The notes beneath the pieces are model-generated. The model saw only the letters and a program-made list of their open reading frames with translations, was not told where the DNA came from and did no database searches. A program made the translations under genes and the position numbers. A stretch of DNA of 42,827 bases from Pseudomonadota bacterium (GTDB taxonomy: Bacteria; Bdellovibrionota_B; Oligoflexia; Oligoflexales; CAIMVM01). Positions 37,433 through 42,827 of this stretch are shown piece after piece (position 1 is the stretch's first letter; the number at the start of each line of letters is the position of its first letter). The stretch spans positions 1 to 42,827 of the forward strand of contig JBAXBA010000028.1 of the NCBI GenBank assembly GCA_037142195.1. The letters run 5' to 3'.

Positions 37433-39253
37433 CTAGGGGATGAGCGATCCTCGTTTAGCCATAGCCAGTGTAGCTTCTTTCCCCCAAGATCCTGCACCAT
37501 TATTCAGTTCGGCCTCTAGATGAACGGATTGAAATCTTTCCATGCGCTCTTTGCAAAGGGGACTTGGCTTAAGGGAGCAAAGGGCCGAAATTTGGCCTAA
37601 ATATATGGACTGAAGAGTTCTTGTAGCGGAAATAGGACCGTTGGGTAGTCCGCTTAGATAGTACTGATTAGCATCATTGAAGGCTTGATCCAATTGTCCC
37701 ATTTCAAGTTTTGCGAGAACTAATCCAAATATGATTTCAGGCGAAGGGCCATAAAATTCTTGCAGACTGTCAATGAACACAGCCTTTTTTTCTTTAGGAA
37801 TGCTTAAATTAAGCGCAATGCAGCTTCCATGAAAAAAGGGAACCTCTGAACTGTATTCAAAACTGTAAGGAGGACGGTTCTTATAGGCATTAGCAGCTAA
37901 GGAAATGATGTCTTTTACCCCGTTGCAGTCGCTTTTAAAGAAACGCCGTCGAATTGTCTGAGAGTAGCAACGTGGCGATTTTTCGTTGAGCGCGCAGTCT
38001 TTCATTAATAGGAAATCATCGTGCCAGAGGGGAGCTTTTGTAAAAATACTAAATGCACTGGCCAAAAGCCAAGAAACCAAAATTACGAAAATTATGGTTT
38101 GCGGGAGCATGGAAGTGGGTTTAACTAATTGATGAATTGCCTGCAGAAGATATCCCAAGGCTATGATGAAAAATGGTAAAGAAAAGTAGAAATGACGATC
38201 TGCGAGCATAAAGTCAAAAAATCCAAGTATCGTATTGGCGGTAGGAATAAAAAAGAGAAGGCCACCGCAAGTCCAAAGGAAGCATTCCTTTAAAGTGCCT
38301 TGAATTTCATCAGAAACTGGTTTTGTTTGTTCTTTTTTAGACTTTTTAAAGTCTTTTTTACTCTTTAAGTAGACGTATCTATAGAAAGCTATGCAGCTGA
38401 CTAGAAGTAATATTAGCCCTAAAAATGTAAATGCAGAGTCTTCTCTATAGTAGGGGAATGTCCAAAACGGTAACGCCAAGTTGAAAAAACCTCTGCCTAA
38501 AGCATTGTAGGCATAATGAAAGGATTTTCCAAATGCCGGAATGATATTGACTAGGCTTGAATTGATCTCGCCTGTATTTCGGCCGACAATCCAGAGATAT
38601 AGAAAGGAGGCGGCGGCTAGCGAGGCAAAGAGTCGAAGATGATTTTTAAAATTTGATCTTCGGTTTATGTAATAGAACGCCCAAAAAACCCAAAAAACAG
38701 CGGTAGGATAAGACAATAAGGAAATCAGCCAAAGGCCAATAAGGATAGCTTTTTTTTGGTAAGTTAAAACCGTCTCTCGCCATCTCACCACAAGATAAGT
38801 CCCAATGGCGATGGGAACTCCACCAGTCAAGTACTTCCTACAAGTAATCCATTCAAGGACTTCTGTTTGAAACGGGTGAAACATAAATATGCTGAGCAAA
38901 ACTATATATAAAAGCTTTGATCGAGGCATCAATCTCTGCAGCGTTAGGGAAAAAAATAGGGCTGAAATCGCGAAATATAAGAAGTTACTGATCCAAAAAA
39001 GAGAAATGCCATCCCCACTCAACCAATGATCAACAAACAGGCTTAAATCCCGAATAGGAAACGCGTAATGCCTGCGATCTGGTAGCCAATCTTGAAAGTA
39101 GGTTACGAAGTCTAGTTTCAACATACGACGGACGACGTCTAGGTCGTCGTAGTCGATAAACGTTCTCTCCAATCCATTCTTAAAATGAAGAACGGCTAGA
39201 ATGAGAGTCATGAGAAGATAAATAGCTAAATTTCTATTTAGCAGCGCTTTCAT
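37433..39253 (-). CDS. GT-C-fold membrane glycosyltransferase-like protein (TMTC/protein O-mannosyltransferase-like)
   Basis: FIDYDD after TM1, PIRDLS, HPFQTEVLEWITCRK (like HP...E.V.WI..R), ADRHFYF (like A.RYLY.P), W.DD..L and a helical C-terminus. Confidence 0.7.
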   Translation of the reverse strand: MKALLNRNLAIYLLMTLILAVLHFKNGLERTFIDYDDLDVVRRMLKLDFVTYFQDWLPDRRHYAFPIRDLSLFVDHWLSGDGISLFWISNFLYFAISALFFSLTLQRLMPRSKLLYIVLLSIFMFHPFQTEVLEWITCRKYLTGGVPIAIGTYLVVRWRETVLTYQKKAILIGLWLISLLSYPTAVFWVFWAFYYINRRSNFKNHLRLFASLAAASFLYLWIVGRNTGEINSSLVNIIPAFGKSFHYAYNALGRGFFNLALPFWTFPYYREDSAFTFLGLILLLVSCIAFYRYVYLKSKKDFKKSKKEQTKPVSDEIQGTLKECFLWTCGGLLFFIPTANTILGFFDFMLADRHFYFSLPFFIIALGYLLQAIHQLVKPTSMLPQTIIFVILVSWLLASAFSIFTKAPLWHDDFLLMKDCALNEKSPRCYSQTIRRRFFKSDCNGVKDIISLAANAYKNRPPYSFEYSSEVPFFHGSCIALNLSIPKEKKAVFIDSLQEFYGPSPEIIFGLVLAKLEMGQLDQAFNDANQYYLSGLPNGPISATRTLQSIYLGQISALCSLKPSPLCKERMERFQSVHLEAELNNGAGSWGKEATLAMAKRGSLIP

Positions 39254-39283
39254 GCTAAGCCCTATTGCCTTGCGGTTGTCACG

Positions 39284-39904
39284 TCAATGACTTGGTTTTT
39301 CTTCGGGGCTCTCAACGCCACCCGGTGTCGGTACGAGGGTTAGAGGCGAGCTGGTCTTTTTTTCTTCCAGTTCTTTTCTGAGAGTCTCGTCTTTTTTGAA
39401 GGACATTTCATAGGCAATATAGCGATTGATTCCTAAAGGTGGAGGTAGAAAACGCAAGTTTTTAAAGGCGGATTGGATGCATTTTGTGAATCTCATGTCC
39501 TTAAATTCGTCGTTTGCTAGGTCGTACTCTATAAGCTCGCCATTTTCTTTAAGCTGAAAGACGTAGGTTAGAGACCCTTCCGTGCGTTCTGTGGCTGGGA
39601 GCTCGAGCTGGGTAGTCGGTTTAGTCTCGGCAGTTGCACCAGGAGCGGTCGCAGCAGCTGGTGGCTGGGCAGGCTGCTTCACAGATTCTCGATCCTTAAC
39701 GAAGCTTTCGTAGCACATGGAATATTGCTTGCGTCTTTCCGGTGCCATGAGGAGGTTGGCAAAGCCATTTCGCATATACGCCGAAGCTATTTTGGTTTCG
39801 CCTGCAGGGGCTAGAAGAACCGGTTTTTCTTTAAAAACATAAATGAGAGCTGCGCCAGCAACTAGGCCCAGCCAAAGGCTATTGTCTCTAAATGAAATAT
39901 TCAC
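39284..39904 (-). CDS. Membrane-anchored AgmX/PglI-type (TonB-C-like) domain protein
   Basis: N-terminal TM; CYE...G.LTYVFQL.ENG......CIQSAF..LRF.PP.....YEMSF pattern, with a Pro/Ala-rich insertion. Confidence 0.6.
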   Translation of the reverse strand: MNISFRDNSLWLGLVAGAALIYVFKEKPVLLAPAGETKIASAYMRNGFANLLMAPERRKQYSMCYESFVKDRESVKQPAQPPAAATAPGATAETKPTTQLELPATERTEGSLTYVFQLKENGELIEYDLANDEFKDMRFTKCIQSAFKNLRFLPPPLGINRYIAYEMSFKKDETLRKELEEKKTSSPLTLVPTPGGVESPEEKPSH

Positions 39905-40025
39905 GTTTAGTCCTTTTTTATGATTCAGCCTATTTTTTCACAGAAGCTTGCCAACCCACTGGGAAATTGTTTCCTATGGCCGAAATGCTTGAGGAGCCGA
40001 TATCTGCAGCATGAGGGAGTAGGCG

Positions 40026-40586
40026 GTGAGTGATTGGAATAGGAAAAATTCATGGGTTAAAGGGGGCCTATGTTCCTTTGGGATTCATTCCTTGTTTTTT
40101 TTAATTCTCATTTTTGAGCTCCAACGCCCTAAAGCTGCGGTCGTATTCAATGGCAATATTTTAAAGCTGTCCCTATCAGGCATAAAAATAAAGAAATCAA
40201 ATCCTGATGCTGATGAGGGAGCTGAACCTCAGGTGGAAAAAGGAAAAAAAGCGGTTACCTCTAACAAGAATTCTAAGGGCCAGGACAAGATGGATGCGAT
40301 GAGTTGCCTTAATCTTAAGGTGAAGAAAGAGTTAAAAGCGTTAGGAATTTCCCTTCCTCGGCGCTATTTCGTGCAAGTTTATACAAAAAATGCTGCGGTA
40401 GAAGGTGCCTGGTATGTGGACAAATGGATTTCTGAAAAGCCATCGAGCCACAGTCTCGATAAAAAGCTTTTTGAAGCATTTTCAGAATGCATTAGAAATT
40501 CCAATTTTTCAGAATGGGGCCGTAAAGCAGTAAACTACGCCAATGCCCAGAGATCTATCTCCTTTGCCGTCGAGTTTAATGATTAA
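40026..40586 (+). CDS. Membrane-anchored hypothetical protein with TonB-like anchor
   Basis: TM with S...H (CSFGIHSL), a K/E-rich linker and a C-terminal domain ending ISFAVEFND; GTG start after GGGAG. Confidence 0.55.
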   Translation: MSDWNRKNSWVKGGLCSFGIHSLFFLILIFELQRPKAAVVFNGNILKLSLSGIKIKKSNPDADEGAEPQVEKGKKAVTSNKNSKGQDKMDAMSCLNLKVKKELKALGISLPRRYFVQVYTKNAAVEGAWYVDKWISEKPSSHSLDKKLFEAFSECIRNSNFSEWGRKAVNYANAQRSISFAVEFND

Positions 40587-40665
40587 AAGAGGCTTCCTTT
40601 TCTGAGCATAAGCCGTGGTTGATTGGACTCCCGAAAAGGAAACAGAGTTTGGTTCCGTCAAGGCT

Positions 40666-41301
40666 TTACGGAAAGACTTGAAACTTCTTCCATTCTTGGG
40701 CCATTTTTTCGTAGACGATTCGATCGTGAAGGCGGCTGGGTTGTCCCTGCCAATATTCGAATTTTGAAGGATTTAAAATAAAGCCACCCCAGTTTGCTGG
40801 TAACGGGACTTCCTGGTTATTATAAGTTTTATTTAGGAACTCAACCTTCTGAATAAGGGTCTCTTTGGAATCGAGAATTTGGCTTTGGCGGGAGGCTAAT
40901 GCCCCAAGTTGAGACTCCCTCGGACGGGAATGAAAATAAGCCTCACTTTGCTCTTTAGTCACTTTGCCTACGGTCCCAGAGATGCGAATTTGTCTGGCTA
41001 AATCGGCCCACCAAATCAGCAATTCGGCTTTTGGATTTTCTAAAAGATCTCTCGCCTTGGGGGATTCATAATTGGTGTAAAACTCGAAACCAAGATCAGA
41101 CCAACCTTTCAAGAGAACCATTCGCACACTAGGTGTGCCCGCGAGCGAAGAAGTTGCCAAAGCACAGTTGTTGATGTCTTTCAAATTTTTGTCCGTTGCT
41201 TCCGACCACCACTTTGCAAAAAGCGAGATCGGCTCGGAAGGGGTATTGGATTCGGAAAGGGTGTCCCCAGAAAAATCTCTTCTTAAATCGCTTATAGCCA
41301 T
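40666..41301 (-). CDS. pdxH: Pyridoxamine 5'-phosphate oxidase
   Basis: PSVRMVLLK, FYTNYES.K, RQIRI.G, YFHSRPRESQLGA and EYWQGQPSRLHDR. Confidence 0.97.
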   Translation of the reverse strand: MAISDLRRDFSGDTLSESNTPSEPISLFAKWWSEATDKNLKDINNCALATSSLAGTPSVRMVLLKGWSDLGFEFYTNYESPKARDLLENPKAELLIWWADLARQIRISGTVGKVTKEQSEAYFHSRPRESQLGALASRQSQILDSKETLIQKVEFLNKTYNNQEVPLPANWGGFILNPSKFEYWQGQPSRLHDRIVYEKMAQEWKKFQVFP

Positions 41302-41708
41302 GTTTTTCTACTTAAATCAAAGTGTTGAAGTTCATGTTAGTTCCTCATCAAACTTCATCTGACGAGGGGCTAGGCTTCTTCCAAGAAGTCTTGGATAGTC
41401 GGCCTTTGGTTTATATCAACAAATTACGATTTCGGCTCGAATCCTTTTTCAATTGCTTTTGAATTCAAGGAAACAAAGACGAGAAGGGATGCCGCCTGCG
41501 TTTAAGTTTTTGAAATTTTGGGGATATTTATTAAGGGGAATAGTCCTGTAATCTTTGCGTGTTAGCTTTGATTCGGAGTGTCAATATTTTAGTCATCAAA
41601 AGTCCGCTAAATTCACGGAATGATTTGGTTTTTTTGTTGGCAGACGCCTTGCAATTCGTTAGGGAGTGAAGATCTTCCTTTCGGGGGTCATTTGGGGGCA
41701 AGCAGCAA

Positions 41709-42317
41709 ATGGATTCAAAAATTAAGTTTCTAGATGACTTTAGCCTAGACCGCAGGTTGTACTGGCGCGTAGGGGATATCTATCAAAGGTATCAGTGGGA
41801 GATTGTCTTTGATAAAGGCACCCCTGACATGCTTTGGAAAATAAGACGGCATGGGTCCGAGGATTGGCATGCCCTCGAGGTGAAAAACATATTTGTGGAA
41901 CTTTCTGCTCGGCAAGTGGATGTGTCAGATTTTGAACGTCAGCTATCCGGAAATATAATGACCCAAGCCGTATTTAGCTCAAGCCTCTTGGAAGAGGCGA
42001 AGAAGATTCTTGGGGAGTCGGTTATAGAAGAAGCCATTTCTAATCATAATGAATTCGCCGAGAAGTTGCTTGAAATGATTCGAGATCTGACTCGAACCTC
42101 TGACAATGACCAAGGGAATAGGGAAGGATCTACGGGTATTTTAGATGCGACTGATAGATCGCTAGAAGGATCTTCCTTTGAGTTAAAAAATTTACAAGTG
42201 CCGTTGCAAAAAAACACGAGTAACTCCAGCCCAGATCTGGACAAACTGGGTACTAAACTGGATATTAGTTCTGCTTTTAAGAAGTCAGACACCATGTTGA
42301 GACTCGTTAAGAAATAG
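41709..42317 (+). CDS. Hypothetical protein
   Basis: 202-aa ORF ending in an LRLVK motif; no family recognised. Confidence 0.7.
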   Translation: MDSKIKFLDDFSLDRRLYWRVGDIYQRYQWEIVFDKGTPDMLWKIRRHGSEDWHALEVKNIFVELSARQVDVSDFERQLSGNIMTQAVFSSSLLEEAKKILGESVIEEAISNHNEFAEKLLEMIRDLTRTSDNDQGNREGSTGILDATDRSLEGSSFELKNLQVPLQKNTSNSSPDLDKLGTKLDISSAFKKSDTMLRLVKK

Positions 42318-42617
42318 ATTTGTGATGTTTTTAAATGGCCGGTCGAGCTCCCATGGCATTCACAACTCTTAGACGGGTTGGAATGTGCATTAAAATTACT
42401 GTCCCAAGAAATGAGGATTCTTCTTCGCGTGAGGGCGAGTGGCAAAGCATGTGTGCCTTTTTATAGGCGCGGAAATTCGGTGAGTTTATAGGCCTAAGCC
42501 CATTAGGTGAATTTCACGATATGGCCAAGTAAAATCGATTCCTTAGATAAGTGGCATAGAAAGAGGAAATCGACTTTACAACTTTAGGAAACCTCATTCG
42601 AAGACATAAAGTCTGAA

Positions 42618-42827
42618 CTATTTTATGCCAGCCATCTTGTCTCGAGCATGTTCAAATCCTGGTCGCCCCATCATTCCAAAAAGATTGATTTTATAGGCTT
42701 CCACTCCAGGCTGATCGAAGGGATTTACACCTAAGGTCAGGGCCGAAACTGCGCATGCGGTCTGCATAAAGGCTAAGAGATAGCCAATGGATTCCTCAGA
42801 AATCGTGTCCAATTTTAAGTTCAGACA
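42618..42827 (-). CDS. pgi: Glucose-6-phosphate isomerase, C-terminal part (runs off window end)
   Basis: IGYL..F...ACAVSA..LGVNPFDQPGVEAYK.NLFG..G.PG, the Bacillus-type Pgi C-terminus. Confidence 0.93.
   Translation of the reverse strand, partial: CLNLKLDTISEESIGYLLAFMQTACAVSALTLGVNPFDQPGVEAYKINLFGMMGRPGFEHARDKMAGIK

Noticed and set aside
772..42445. Numerous short antisense or nested ORFs in the track (e.g. 772-1038, 3579-3941, 18029-18271, 26587-27194, 42044-42445)
   Set aside because: They overlap confidently assigned genes and have no independent coding signal.
1..42827. CRISPR array, rRNA, intact tRNA, prophage
   Set aside because: No regularly spaced repeat-spacer series, rRNA or tRNA signatures, or phage structural or integrase genes were seen by eye; tRNAscan-SE and Infernal would be decisive.

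Overview
Mostly core chromosome of a Gram-negative bacterium. The gene complement (TIGR02266-type PilZ, AgmX/PglI-type TonB-C protein, tig-clpP-clpX-lon, rnc-der, Bacillus-type Pgi) suggests Bdellovibrionota/Oligoflexia or a related 'delta' lineage, but this is inference only. Housekeeping genes: miaA (partial), mgtE, mutL, engB, lpdA and an E2 acyltransferase, tig, clpP, clpX, lon, rpmG (missing from the ORF track), der, rnc, mltG, hmgA, pdxH, pgi (partial). There are two accessory patches. The first (about 5.0-10.2 kb) holds an AAA_14/DUF4143 ATPase-nuclease behind a nested 46-bp palindrome, then a minus-strand cassette: an unannotated 37-aa peptide with a strong RBS, a terminator, a small GRDP-like (WHxHIL) protein and a translationally coupled MATE-like exporter, divergent from a LysR gene. 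This cassette is the best candidate for an undescribed system (RiPP/peptide-signal-like, or an attenuated efflux locus). The second (about 36.1-37.4 kb) is an islet bounded by a decayed duplication of a gene's 3' end; it carries a TIGR02450-like gene and an IS21-type end. Also notable: a second orphan IS21-type end at 29.6 kb, a probable pseudo-cyclase membrane protein, a His-retaining pseudo-kinase, and a Der with a long acidic repeat tail. No rRNA, intact tRNA or CRISPR array was seen. All family calls come from motif recognition by eye; no searches were run.
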